Of a stretch of 64,000 nt of DNA, positions 50,047-60,010 are shown one piece after another. The notes under the pieces are model-generated. The model had not been told where the DNA came from, did no database searches, and worked only from the letters and a program-made list of their open reading frames with translations. The translations under genes and the position numbers were made by a program. Source of the DNA: Spirochaetia bacterium (GTDB lineage Bacteria > Spirochaetota > Spirochaetia > SZUA-6 > Bin103); assembly GCA_965243545.1 (NCBI GenBank), contig OZ251573.1:2539-66538 (forward strand), given 5' to 3'. The first letter of the stretch is position 1. Every line of letters starts with the position of its first letter.

Positions 50047-50907
50047 ATGGGCGAACAGATCGCGGTAGTCGAGCTGATCCGCCGGGCGCGGCGCGAGGGA
50101 TGGGCGGTCGGCCAGTTCAACATGAGCGGCATGGATACCGTGCACGGCATCGTCGACGCCGCCAACGCAACGCGGCTCCCGTGTCTGATCGGGGTTTCGA
50201 TGGGCACCTTGCGGTACGCCGGCATGGAGTACGTCGCCGCCCTGATGCGGGCTGCGCGCGCGCAGGCGGCGGCGCCGCTCTATTTCCATCTCGATCACGG
50301 CGCGGATCTGGAGGTCGTGCGGCGGGCGGTCGACGCGGGATTCGACTCGGTGATGATCGATACGTCGATGCTGCCGTACGCCGAGAACGTCGCGCGGGTG
50401 CGCGAGACGGCGCAGGTGACCCGCGCCCGCGGAGTCGCCCTGGAAGCGCAGCTCGGCGAAACGCTCGACGAGGAGACCGGCGCCGGCGCCGAGGTCGTGA
50501 CCGATCCCGGCGCGGTGCGCCGGTTCGTGACCGACACCGGCATCGACTACTTGGCGTGCTCGTTCGGCAACGCGCCGGGCGCCGGGGTCGGCGCCGGCGC
50601 TCCCGATCGCGGCCTGCTCGAACGGATCGGGCGCGCCTCGCCGGTCCCTCTGGTCGTGCACGGCGGCACCAGCCTGTCCGACGAGATGACGCGCGCGGCG
50701 ATTCGTTGCGGCGCGGCAAAGATCAACATCGACACCTGGATCCGCCGCGCCGTCAACCGGGCTCTGGCTGCTTGTTACGCTGACGGCGGCGCCGGCGATG
50801 CGGGAATCGCCGATCCCCGCATCGCCTTCAAGCGGGTGAGGGCCGCGGTCGCCGCGGCGGTTACCGAGAAGCTGCGGCTGTTCCGCTCCGCCGCCGCCAG
50901 CCCATGA
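50047..50907 (+). CDS. Class II fructose/tagatose-bisphosphate aldolase (divergent)
   Basis: HLDHG, FDSVMID, LVVHGGT, KINI. Confidence 0.85.
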   Translation: MGEQIAVVELIRRARREGWAVGQFNMSGMDTVHGIVDAANATRLPCLIGVSMGTLRYAGMEYVAALMRAARAQAAAPLYFHLDHGADLEVVRRAVDAGFDSVMIDTSMLPYAENVARVRETAQVTRARGVALEAQLGETLDEETGAGAEVVTDPGAVRRFVTDTGIDYLACSFGNAPGAGVGAGAPDRGLLERIGRASPVPLVVHGGTSLSDEMTRAAIRCGAAKINIDTWIRRAVNRALAACYADGGAGDAGIADPRIAFKRVRAAVAAAVTEKLRLFRSAAASP

Positions 50908-50955
50908 ACGGAACGAACCGGAGCTACGGAGCCGGCCGGCGGCCTGCAAACGCAC

Positions 50956-52943
50956 TCACCTCAGCGACTCCCGTTCGGCGCTTCTGATCGCTTCGATTTC
51001 GACCAGCGCGTTGGTGATCGTCCGGCAGCTTTCTTCGTATCGGCGCACCTTCGCCGCCACGTCGCCGCCGGTATCGCAATCCGGGTCGGGAACCAGAACG
51101 TCATAGATCCTTTCCGGCTTGATGCGGCTGTGCGACGCGGACGTGCCCGCCGTCAGCGATCGGATCTGTTTCTGCACGAACGGACTCAGAAGGACGAACG
51201 CCAAAGCGTACGGCGACACGCCTTCGCGCGGCTTCAGAATCTCGTACTCCGATGAACACAGCAGCCTTCTGCCCAGATCGGGCACGACCGCCACCCGCGG
51301 AATCCGGGGATTGATGCGCGAAACCAGCACCTCGCCGGCCGTGACCGGCAGCCCCGGCGTTATCGGTCTGTATCCCTTGATGCCGCAGACGTCCAGCACG
51401 CCTTCGCCAAGGATATGAAGAACCCCTATGAAATAGGCGTCTTCGGCGTAGCGTCTAGCCTTTCTCTGTTCGGGCGCCTCGGTGATCTCGCGCAACGGTA
51501 CCATCGCCCGGCCGATGCTCTTCTTCAAAGACTCGCGATCGAACAGCATCGTCCTTGGAGTCCATTCCCGTTGATCGCGTGGCGCCACGCGTTTCCATGC
51601 GCCAAGGCTCCCCGTCCGGTCCCCGCTCGCCTCCATTCCATTACGGTTCTTGAAGGCGGAAAGTACATCCGGCAACTGATCCTGCCCGGCGCTCTTCTTT
51701 ACGGGGACGCCATTGCGCCGGTTGACCTGGAATCCGAGATCGGACACTTCCGCGAAGAACACCGGGTAGGAGGGGCGCGGCTTCTTCTTGCGAAACCCCA
51801 GGACGGCGGTCCTGGTCCGGGTTCCAGCCTGAGCGAAGGCCACCGGCGGCAGCTCCACGATCGTGAAGATTTCCGCGTTCCGCGCCAGGTGCTGCCGGAC
51901 CACCGCTCCCAGGCCTCGGGCCGACACCACGCCGTCAGGAACGATGGTCAGGCATACGCCGCCCGGTCTGAGCAACGTAAGGTACCGGTCCAGAAACAGC
52001 ATCTCCGACTCGACGACCTTCGTTTTCGTCAAAGCGGTAGCGAAGAACGGCGTGCTGTCGCGGCTGGTGACACGCAGGTCGTCCACCGTAAAACGTGCTC
52101 CAAAGGGCGGATTGGTCAGGATCAGATCGATGCGGCCATCATACTCACTCAGCGGAGACCCGTCGCAAATCGTGTTTCCCAAAAACACGTCATCGCCGTG
52201 GCTATCGGAAAAGATGAAGTTGAGCGCGGAAAGACGAACCATCCTGTCGACCTTGTCTTGCCCCACGCACTTCATCGCATGCGCGCGGCCGCCGCCGGGC
52301 AAACGCGCGTATGCCGCGCGCCAACCGGTCAGGAACGAGCCCACGCCGCATGAAGGATCGGCAACCAACAACGCCGCTCCATCTCGATGCGGGTCATCCC
52401 GGATCATCTCGATTCCGACGCGCACCATGAAGTTCACGACTTCCGGCGGCGTCATGTATTGGGCGTCTTCCGTATGGTTGCGGAAGTTGTCGCGGACGTG
52501 GTGTCCGAATGCCTCGTTGAGAATGTCTATCTTCGCCGTGCCGGCTGTCAGCGCGTCGAACGCCTGGCGCGCGACCGTGAACAGGTGGAACGCTACCTCT
52601 TCCTCTCCGTCCCTGAACACTGTCGTCGGGTTGTCTCCAAAGATCGAACCGATGCCCGTTTTTGGAAGATCGGTTCTTTGGCGACCTGCGCGAAGACGCG
52701 GTTCAACAATGCGACCTTGAAGCTGCCGCGGTCCGACAGGATCGCGTAATCGGCTGCGGTAACCAAGCCCTTCAGGTGACCGAAGTGCAAAACCAGGAAC
52801 TTCACGGTCTCGTCGAGCTTGGCGTTCGCGTCGCTGATACGGCCCTCTCGATGGAACGCCGCTCTCACCCGTTGGAGAGACTGGTAGATTTCGTGGTACG
52901 GTGGCCGTGTTTCCGTCATCAGTTCGGCGAACAGGTCGCCCAT
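50956..52943 (-). pseudogene. N6-adenine DNA methyltransferase with C-terminal specificity-like domain, split by a 1-nt frameshift
   Basis: SD GGAGG + ATG 52943; frame change at T5 52659-52663; QYMTP, DPSCGVG, NPPF; about 662 aa if joined. Confidence 0.82.
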
Positions 52944-53021
52944 GTGTCCCTCCGGTGTGGTCGATAGCAATCGAAGCTGTCGCCTGTAGACGGTAGACCA
53001 TGGCGCACGGGCGTTGCAAGC

Positions 53022-53264
53022 ATGGGGAAGGTGGCTGATCTGGCAGTGCTTGGTGAGGTCGTCCGCGCGGAAAGAGACCGGAGAGGTCTTTCCCAGGAAG
53101 CGCTTGCGGATTTCTCAAGGCTATCTCGAACGCACGTGGGGGAGGTCGAGCGAGGGGAGGTGAGCGCGTCCTTTTCGACCCTTGCGGCTCTCGCGGACGG
53201 GCTGGGAATGCCTCTGAGCAAGATCATCGAGGAATATGAACGACGATCGGCCGGCAGTCGTTGA
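53022..53264 (+). CDS. XRE HTH protein, probable R-M controller (C protein)
   Basis: GLSQEALA..LSRTHVGEVERGE; overlaps the endonuclease start. Confidence 0.85.
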   Translation: MGKVADLAVLGEVVRAERDRRGLSQEALADFSRLSRTHVGEVERGEVSASFSTLAALADGLGMPLSKIIEEYERRSAGSR

Positions 53265-53886
53265 CGTCGCACTGGGTCTGCTCGATCACCACTACGAATA
53301 CTACGAATCGTTCTTTTCCGTCGCGGAAGTAGCTCGCCGGACCCGCCATCCCGTTCCGATGGACACTCGAGGATGGTCGCAGATCATCGTGAGCGTCCTT
53401 ACGGGAATCGACGGCATCGAGCGCAAGAAGGGCGCCGATCTCGCGGACGGCTCGGACGTCAAGGGCGCCAACACGTGGGAGGCGATCGACACCCCGCGCT
53501 TCAATGGCGTAATCAAAGCGGGCACGCACGCGGTCTACTCCGACAGCATGGCGTATCTTGACGATACGCCGTTTCTGTTCTTCGTCTTATGGGATACCGA
53601 TACCGCTGCGCGGCATCGATGTCGCATCTGGGCAGTTCGGCCGCCGGCTGATCCGCGATTCCGAGCGATGTGCGAGCGGTGGTACGGGGCGCGGGCGAGC
53701 GGTGAAATATCGAGCGCGAATTTCCAGCTGCACCCTCCGCGAGGTCAGGACAACGACATCATTCGCAACAGCTATGGAACCTTGATCTATCCGCTTCTGT
53801 TCTCCGCTGTTCGTAATGATGAACGGTTTGTGCTCCAACAGTATGATCCGCATGTTCTGCGGAATGGATTCTGTCAGGCGCCGTAA
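53236..53886 (+). CDS. MamI-family type II restriction endonuclease
   Basis: GADLADGSDVK PD-(D/E)XK-type centre, LFFVLWD, RCRIW, NFQLHPP. Confidence 0.78.
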   Translation: MNDDRPAVVDVALGLLDHHYEYYESFFSVAEVARRTRHPVPMDTRGWSQIIVSVLTGIDGIERKKGADLADGSDVKGANTWEAIDTPRFNGVIKAGTHAVYSDSMAYLDDTPFLFFVLWDTDTAARHRCRIWAVRPPADPRFRAMCERWYGARASGEISSANFQLHPPRGQDNDIIRNSYGTLIYPLLFSAVRNDERFVLQQYDPHVLRNGFCQAP

Positions 53887-55454
53887 GATGGCCGGGCGAT
53901 CTCGGCTTCGGTGAGGGCGCGGCGGTAGAGGCGCAGGCCGCGCATCCGGCCGTTGAAGGTGTCGATGGCGCCGGCGCCGATGCGCAGGGGCCGGTCGGTG
54001 GAGAGGTCGAACGCGGAGGCGTCGATGGCGGTCGATGCCGCGACGCGGCGGCCGTCTACGTAGAGCGCGAGCCGCCCTCCGGCGCGGACGGCGGCAACGC
54101 GGCGCCAGCCCGGCGCGAGCTCATGATCCCAGGTGACGTTCGCGCCGGCCTCCAGTGCGTAGACGCGGCCCGACGGCAGGGTGCCGGCGAACAGCCGGCC
54201 GCGATAGACGGCCATCGACCAGACGCGGCGGTACTTCACGCCGGCGGTAGTATCGAGCTGTCCGGTGAGCGTCCAGGTACGGCCGCCGTCGTAGCGGTAG
54301 ACTTGGCCCAGCGGCAGCGTGCCGGCGTACAGCTTGCCGTTGTAGACCGTCATGGCCATCACTTCCTGTTCGGCGCCCAGGCGGCCGACGCAGGTCCAGG
54401 GATCGCCGCCGTCGTCGCGGAAGACCTTGCCCTCCGGCCACGTGCCGACGTGCAGCTTCCCGTTGTGGGCGGCGAACGAGTAGACCTGTGAGACGCCGCG
54501 CTGGCCGCCGGCGTACACCCAGTCTTTGCCGCCGGCGTAGCGGAACACGCCGCCCGACTCCCCGCCTTCGTTGCCGGCTCCGTACAGATTGCCGTTGAAG
54601 ACGCCGAGCGACATCAGGCGGCGGCCGGGGCCGCCGCAATGCGCCCAGCGGTCGCCGCCGCAGTAGCGAAAGACCCCCTGGCTGTAGAGCGGGATGGCGT
54701 AGAGTTCGCCCCGGTAGACGGCCATGCCGGCGCACGAGTCGGCGCCGTCCAGGCGGCCGGCGCGCACCCACTCGCCGCTGCCCGCGTAGCGGTACACGGC
54801 GCCGCCGGGGTTCCGGTTCTCCGACTCCGGCAGCGCCGAGCCGCCGGCCCGGTAGCGCGACGCGCCGGCGTAGAGGGCGCCGTCGTAGACGCACAGCGAC
54901 GCCGCGGTGTTGGCGGCGTCCGGGCGCCCGCACGGCTCCCAGCCGGCTGCGCCGTCGTGGCGGTAGACGCCGCCGGCCTCATCGCCGCCGGTCTCGAAGG
55001 TGCCGGCGTAGAGATCGCCCCGAAAGACGCACAGCGAGTAGACGCGCAGGTTGTTGCCCGGCCGGCCGCAGTCGACCCAGCCCGGCTCGCTGCCGGCATC
55101 GATGCCGAAGTGGAGGTGGCGGTAGTTGGCCTGGGCGGCGGTGACGCCGGCGTTGTTGAGCAAGCTCAGCTGAAAACCGGTCCGGGAGTCAGGGTCGTAG
55201 CGGCTGGCCAGGTCGCCGGGGACGTCGTCGAGCACCGCGTCCGTGTGTATCTCGACGGCGATGGTGAAGTCGCCGGTCCCCAGGCCCAGGCCGGCCGACG
55301 GGGGAACCAGGACGTGGGCGCCGCGGCCGTCGAAGACGGCGCCGTCCACCGAGAAGCCTACGCCGCGGTTGCGGCCGTGGTGGCCGTTGCCGGAATGGTC
55401 GCGGCAGTCGCCGACGAGCGGCCAGTACGCGATCAGATCGGCGTGGTGGTCCAT
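53874..55454 (-). CDS. LamG-like domain protein with inserted beta-propeller repeats
   Basis: YWPL..DHSGNGHHG..FDG; about seven (V/Y)xGxLYAG..VxRYxG..W repeats; LYVDG..FNG..LYRRAL. Confidence 0.8.
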   Translation of the reverse strand: MDHHADLIAYWPLVGDCRDHSGNGHHGRNRGVGFSVDGAVFDGRGAHVLVPPSAGLGLGTGDFTIAVEIHTDAVLDDVPGDLASRYDPDSRTGFQLSLLNNAGVTAAQANYRHLHFGIDAGSEPGWVDCGRPGNNLRVYSLCVFRGDLYAGTFETGGDEAGGVYRHDGAAGWEPCGRPDAANTAASLCVYDGALYAGASRYRAGGSALPESENRNPGGAVYRYAGSGEWVRAGRLDGADSCAGMAVYRGELYAIPLYSQGVFRYCGGDRWAHCGGPGRRLMSLGVFNGNLYGAGNEGGESGGVFRYAGGKDWVYAGGQRGVSQVYSFAAHNGKLHVGTWPEGKVFRDDGGDPWTCVGRLGAEQEVMAMTVYNGKLYAGTLPLGQVYRYDGGRTWTLTGQLDTTAGVKYRRVWSMAVYRGRLFAGTLPSGRVYALEAGANVTWDHELAPGWRRVAAVRAGGRLALYVDGRRVAASTAIDASAFDLSTDRPLRIGAGAIDTFNGRMRGLRLYRRALTEAEIARPSYGA

Positions 55455-55467
55455 GCCGGGCGCCCCT

Positions 55468-56550
55468 TCAATACCGGTGGCCGGCGCTGCCGAACAGCGT
55501 CGGCTTGTTCCAGCCGGCGCCGCCGCGCGCCACCCAGCCGGCGACCGCGGCGATCATCTCGCCTGCGCCGTCGCGCGGCCGGCCGAAGATCGTGCGGCAT
55601 ACGGCGTCGTCGACCAGCGGGGCGGTTTCGCCTTCGCCTCCGGCCAGCTGCGGCGCGCGTCCCAGCGCGCTTCCCAACGCCGACGCGATCTCCATGACGC
55701 GGTGGCCGGGGCCGGACACGTTGACCGTCCACGGCGGATTGGCGCAGTGCTGCAGGCAGCGTAGCGCGACGTCGATGGCGTCGCGTTGCGAGATGAGGTT
55801 GACGGCCGGCACGGCAAGCGAGATCGGCGCGCCGTTGCGGATCATGTCGGCAAGGTCGCGCAGCACCCCGTAGCACAGGTGCTGCGCATAGCTGAGGCGG
55901 TAGATGCAGATGCGTTGCCCGCCGTGCCGGGCGGCGGTGGTGGCGAAGGAAGCCTCGCGCGCCACCACCGACCAGCCGTAGACGCCGTGCGGCTGCAACG
56001 CCGCATCTTCACGGCTGCCGCCGGTCAGGGGTGGTCCGATGGCGGCGCCGCGTTCGGAGGCGGCCTGCGTGGCCGGCGCGTACTCGACGCCGGCGTACGG
56101 GCTGGTCGAAGAGAACACCACGATGTTCGCGCTGCTGAACCGCTCGCCCACCAAGTAGGGGACGATCGAGTTGACGTGAAACGCCCGCCGCCAGTCCGCG
56201 CCGCTGCCGAACTTGAAGCCGAGCATGTAGATGACGTGACCGAAGCCGGGCAGCGCGGCAAGGAAGCCGGGGTCGGTCAGGTCGCCGCACAGGCAGCGGA
56301 CGCCGTCGGCCGCAAGCGCCGCGCGGGTGGCGTCGTCGCTGAAGGTAGACGCCACGACGACCTGACGTTCGACGCCCGCCATCCGGTCCGCGCGCCGGAG
56401 CGTCGCCGCCAGCTCCGGCCCCATCTTGCCGCTGCCGCCCAGGATGAGCACCGGTCCGTCGATCCGCGCCGCCGCCTCGATCAACGCCGGCGACGGCTCG
56501 GTCATGAACCGATACAACGAGCGCTCGTCGCGGACTTCGGCAAGCGTCAT
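55468..56550 (-). CDS. NAD-dependent epimerase/dehydratase family protein
   Basis: ILGGSGKMG, GFKFG, FSS, YGWS; SD GGAGG. Confidence 0.85.
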   Translation of the reverse strand: MTLAEVRDERSLYRFMTEPSPALIEAAARIDGPVLILGGSGKMGPELAATLRRADRMAGVERQVVVASTFSDDATRAALAADGVRCLCGDLTDPGFLAALPGFGHVIYMLGFKFGSGADWRRAFHVNSIVPYLVGERFSSANIVVFSSTSPYAGVEYAPATQAASERGAAIGPPLTGGSREDAALQPHGVYGWSVVAREASFATTAARHGGQRICIYRLSYAQHLCYGVLRDLADMIRNGAPISLAVPAVNLISQRDAIDVALRCLQHCANPPWTVNVSGPGHRVMEIASALGSALGRAPQLAGGEGETAPLVDDAVCRTIFGRPRDGAGEMIAAVAGWVARGGAGWNKPTLFGSAGHRY

Positions 56551-57068
56551 GGGTCCTCCGTGCGAATCGGATTGCGCAGGCCCGTGCATCGCTCCCTTGC
56601 TATATCGATATATTCCGGCGAAATATCGATGCCGACCGACCGGCGCAGTATCCAGCCCTGCCGGTCGATCAGTTCGAAGGCGACGCGCCACGGTATTCCT
56701 ACGAGTCCCTTGTTCAAGTAGCTGTCGCCGATATTGAGCCAGAACGATCCTTGCGGCTTGAGCACGCGCTGCAGCGCCTTGCAGATCGCGCACAGGTCCC
56801 GCACGTAGTCGCGGTGATCAGCCTCGATACCGAGTCCGCCATTGGCGTACTCGCGTTTTCGCCAGTAGGGAGGGGACGTCATGACGCAATCGACGGATTG
56901 AGCCGGAAGCGCCTGCAGGACCGCGAGCGCGTCGCCGTGGAACAGCAAAGGGCTATAGGTCGTGTCGTTCGCATACCGTTGAAACGCCGCGGCGTGGTAC
57001 TCACGTGGTCCCGCACCGCCGGCGCGTGGCGCGGCTTCCGTGGCTGTGGCGTCGGCGGTCGACGTCAC
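56547..57068 (-). pseudogene. Beta-class N4/N6 DNA methyltransferase with in-frame internal deletion
   Basis: GDAL, TSPPY, RVLKPQGSFWLNIGD, QGWIL joined directly to RRSVGIDISPEY; no DPFxGxG motif. Confidence 0.82.
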
Positions 57069-57276
57069 CGCGTTCGCGCTCCGGTCCGCCCGGTGTGGCG
57101 GACTCGTCCGGCGGACCGGCGGCGGCCCGGTCGAGGCGGCCGGCGGTCGCGCAGGGGCCAACGCATGGGCCGTCATGTTAGGGCGACGGCGGCCGGCTGC
57201 GCCAGTGGTCGCGCTGCCGGCTTGCGTCACCGGGCGGCGCTTGCACAGACGGCGCGCCGGTTGAATCATTGGCTCC

Positions 57277-59043
57277 ATGCAGATCAGCAGGCCGGTACTG
57301 GCGCACGAGGTGCTGAGGGTGACCGGCGGCATGGTGGTAGCGCAGGACCCGCTCGGCGCGCGCCTCGGCGCGGAAGTCCTGGAGCGGGGCGGCAACGCCG
57401 TGGACGCCGCCGTGACCACCGCCTTCGCGATGGGCGTGCTGCAGCCGCTCATGAACGGCGTGGGGGGCGGCGGGCTCCTGGTCGTCCGCTCGGCGTCCGG
57501 CGAATGCGGCTCGGTCGACTTCGGCATGCGCGCCGCCGCGGCGGCCGGTCCGGGCATGTACCAGCTGACCGGCGGCACCGACCGTCCCCAGGCGGGCGGG
57601 TTGCGGTTCTCCGGCGGCTATGCGTGGCCGCTGGTCAAGGACCGGGCCAACCTGCACGGCCACGCGGCGATCGCGGTGCCGGGGACGGCGGCCGGCTTGG
57701 CGGCGGCGCTCGACCGCTGGGGCACCATCAGCCTGGACCAGGCGTTGCGCCCGGCCATCCGCCTGGCCCGCGACGGGTTCCCGGTCGGCCATCACTTCGT
57801 CCTGGCATTGGTGAGCGGCCGGGAGGTGATGTCCCGGTATCCGGCCACCCGGCAGCTCTACTATCCCGGCGGCCATCCGTTGCCGGTCGGCGCCACGCTG
57901 GTGCAGCGCGACCACGCGCGCACGCTGGAGCTGATCGCCCGCCGCGGCCCGGACGGCTTCTACCGGGGCGAGGTGGCCGAGCGCATCGACCACGAGATGG
58001 CGGCCAACGGCGGCGCGGTCCGGCAGGCCGACCTGGCCGGCTACCGGCCGTTCGTGCGCGACACGGTGCTCTCGGCCGCCTACCGGGGGTACGGGGTGCT
58101 CGCCGTCCCCGGTCCCAACGGCGGAACCGCCGTCGCCGAGGCGCTCAACATCCTGGAGCGCTTCGAGCTGTCCCGCCGCGGCTGGGGTTCGGTCGAGGCG
58201 CTGCATGTGGTGATCGAGGCGATCCGGTGCGCGGCCGTGGATCGGTACGCGTACCTGGGCGATCATCCGGACGCGCCGTTCGACGTCCTGCCGGAGCCCG
58301 GCTACGCCGCCACCCGAGCGCGCACGATCGATCCGGAACGGGCCGGCCGGACCGAAGCCGGTGATCCGTGGGCCTACCGCGGCGTACCGAGACCCGCCGG
58401 CCTGCCGGCGCCCGCCGGGGTCCCCGTGGCCGGCGGCACCACGCACGTCTCCGTGGTCGACGCGGACCGCAACGCGGCCGGTCTGACGCAGACCAACGTG
58501 TCGTACTCCGGCGTGATCGTCCCCGGCGTGGGGGTGATGATGAACGACGCCATGACGTGGTTCTATCCGGGGCCGGGCACCGTCAACTCGATCGTGCCCG
58601 GCGGCCGCGGCTTGAACAACATGACGCCGTTGATCCTGGTCCGGGACGGCCGGCTCCGCGCCGTGCTCGGCGCCTCCGGCGGACGCCGCATCTGGTCGGC
58701 GCTGGTTCAGGCGTGCGTCAACCACGCCGACTTCGGCATGGAGCTGCAGCAGGCGGTGCAGGCGCCCCGGCTGCACGTCGAATCCGACCACGTGCTGCTC
58801 GACGGCCGGTTCGGCAGCGGCGTGCGGGCCGGCCTGGAGCGGCTCGGCCACCCGGTCTCCGTAGCGACCCCGTACTACGACCGCTCCCCCTACGCGGAGC
58901 CCAACGGCGTGCAGGTGGCCGGCGACGAGCTGCGCAGCGCCGTCTACCCGGTCGCCAAGCCGACCCACGCCGCCGGCTACCCCGGCGACACCCCGGAAGA
59001 CACCGGCGGCGCGCTCGACGCCGGCACGTCGGCGCACCCGTAA
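57277..59043 (+). CDS. ggt: Gamma-glutamyltransferase family protein
   Basis: GGNAVDAA, VPG, GTTHVSVVD, GASGG, APRLH; TTGCAC-N17-AATCAT promoter. Confidence 0.9.
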   Translation: MQISRPVLAHEVLRVTGGMVVAQDPLGARLGAEVLERGGNAVDAAVTTAFAMGVLQPLMNGVGGGGLLVVRSASGECGSVDFGMRAAAAAGPGMYQLTGGTDRPQAGGLRFSGGYAWPLVKDRANLHGHAAIAVPGTAAGLAAALDRWGTISLDQALRPAIRLARDGFPVGHHFVLALVSGREVMSRYPATRQLYYPGGHPLPVGATLVQRDHARTLELIARRGPDGFYRGEVAERIDHEMAANGGAVRQADLAGYRPFVRDTVLSAAYRGYGVLAVPGPNGGTAVAEALNILERFELSRRGWGSVEALHVVIEAIRCAAVDRYAYLGDHPDAPFDVLPEPGYAATRARTIDPERAGRTEAGDPWAYRGVPRPAGLPAPAGVPVAGGTTHVSVVDADRNAAGLTQTNVSYSGVIVPGVGVMMNDAMTWFYPGPGTVNSIVPGGRGLNNMTPLILVRDGRLRAVLGASGGRRIWSALVQACVNHADFGMELQQAVQAPRLHVESDHVLLDGRFGSGVRAGLERLGHPVSVATPYYDRSPYAEPNGVQVAGDELRSAVYPVAKPTHAAGYPGDTPEDTGGALDAGTSAHP

Positions 59044-59062
59044 GGCGGCCCGCTCCGCCGTC

Positions 59063-60010
59063 TCAGAGGCGCATCTGCGTCATGGGGGCGGTCTTTGGTT
59101 CCGGGGCGGCGTCATCCAGGTACAGGTAGTGCTCGCCGGTGCGGTACGCATATCCGGCGTGCTCGCCTACGGGAGTCAACGCGATCACGGCGACGTGGCC
59201 GGCCAACGGATCGCGCAGGTCGCGGAGATCGGCGAGCGCGGCCGTCAGAGCCTCGGCAAGCGTCATGCCGGTGCGCAGGTAGAGCACCACGCTACGGGTG
59301 GTGAGGGTGCGCAGCACCACTTCGCCGGTGCCGGTGGAGGCCGCCGCGCCCCAGCGGTTGTCCGCGTAGCCGCCGGCGCCGATGACCGGCGAATCGCCGA
59401 GCCGGCCGGGGTATCCCCACGGATAGCCACTGGTGCTCACTGCGCTGGCGACGTTGCCGCCGGCGTCCAGCGCCAGGAAGTTGACGGTGCCGTGCGGCTG
59501 GCCCGCGCCGGCCGGGTTCCAGCCGCGCATGGAGTCCTGCGCGCCGCCGACCAGCTCCAGCAGCCGCTCGCGGCCGGCGATCCGGTCCGGGTCGACGTCC
59601 GGGCGCCGGCGCGCCACCCCCTGGCGCCACTGCCGGGCGGCCTCCTCGGTCAGCAGCTCCCGCTTTGCCATGCCGATTTCACGGGCGAAGCGCTCGGCGC
59701 CATCCGCGACCAGCAGGACGTGCGGGCTCCGCTCCATGACGCGCCGCGCCAGGGTGACGGCGTGCAGGATGCCGCGCACCGATCCGACCGCGCCGGCGCG
59801 CAGGGTGCGGCCGTCCATGATGCTGGCGTCCACGCGCACTTCGCCCAGAACGTTCGGCAGACCGCCCAGACCGACGGTGTGGTCGCGCTCGTTGAGCTCG
59901 ACCAGGCGCGTACCGGCCTCCACCGCGTCGACCGCCGATCCGCCGCCGCGCAGCACCGCCATCGCCTTTCGGATGCCGGGCGCCCCGTTGGCGGTGGTCA
60001 CGACCATCAT
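59063..60010 (-). CDS. Isoaspartyl peptidase/L-asparaginase (Ntn hydrolase)
   Basis: DASIMDG, HGTV, STSG..GRLGDSP, TGTGE. Confidence 0.9.
   Translation of the reverse strand: MMVVTTANGAPGIRKAMAVLRGGGSAVDAVEAGTRLVELNERDHTVGLGGLPNVLGEVRVDASIMDGRTLRAGAVGSVRGILHAVTLARRVMERSPHVLLVADGAERFAREIGMAKRELLTEEAARQWRQGVARRRPDVDPDRIAGRERLLELVGGAQDSMRGWNPAGAGQPHGTVNFLALDAGGNVASAVSTSGYPWGYPGRLGDSPVIGAGGYADNRWGAAASTGTGEVVLRTLTTRSVVLYLRTGMTLAEALTAALADLRDLRDPLAGHVAVIALTPVGEHAGYAYRTGEHYLYLDDAAPEPKTAPMTQMRL

Noticed and set aside
52975-53021. C-box operator (gtagac repeats) upstream of the controller gene
   Set aside because: Plausible, but only a degenerate GTC-N7-GAC palindrome; too weak to call.
50956-53118. 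720-aa MTase as called in the ORF track
   Set aside because: Its first ~150 codons are non-homologous and overlap the C gene; the real N-terminus is in another frame from ATG 52943.
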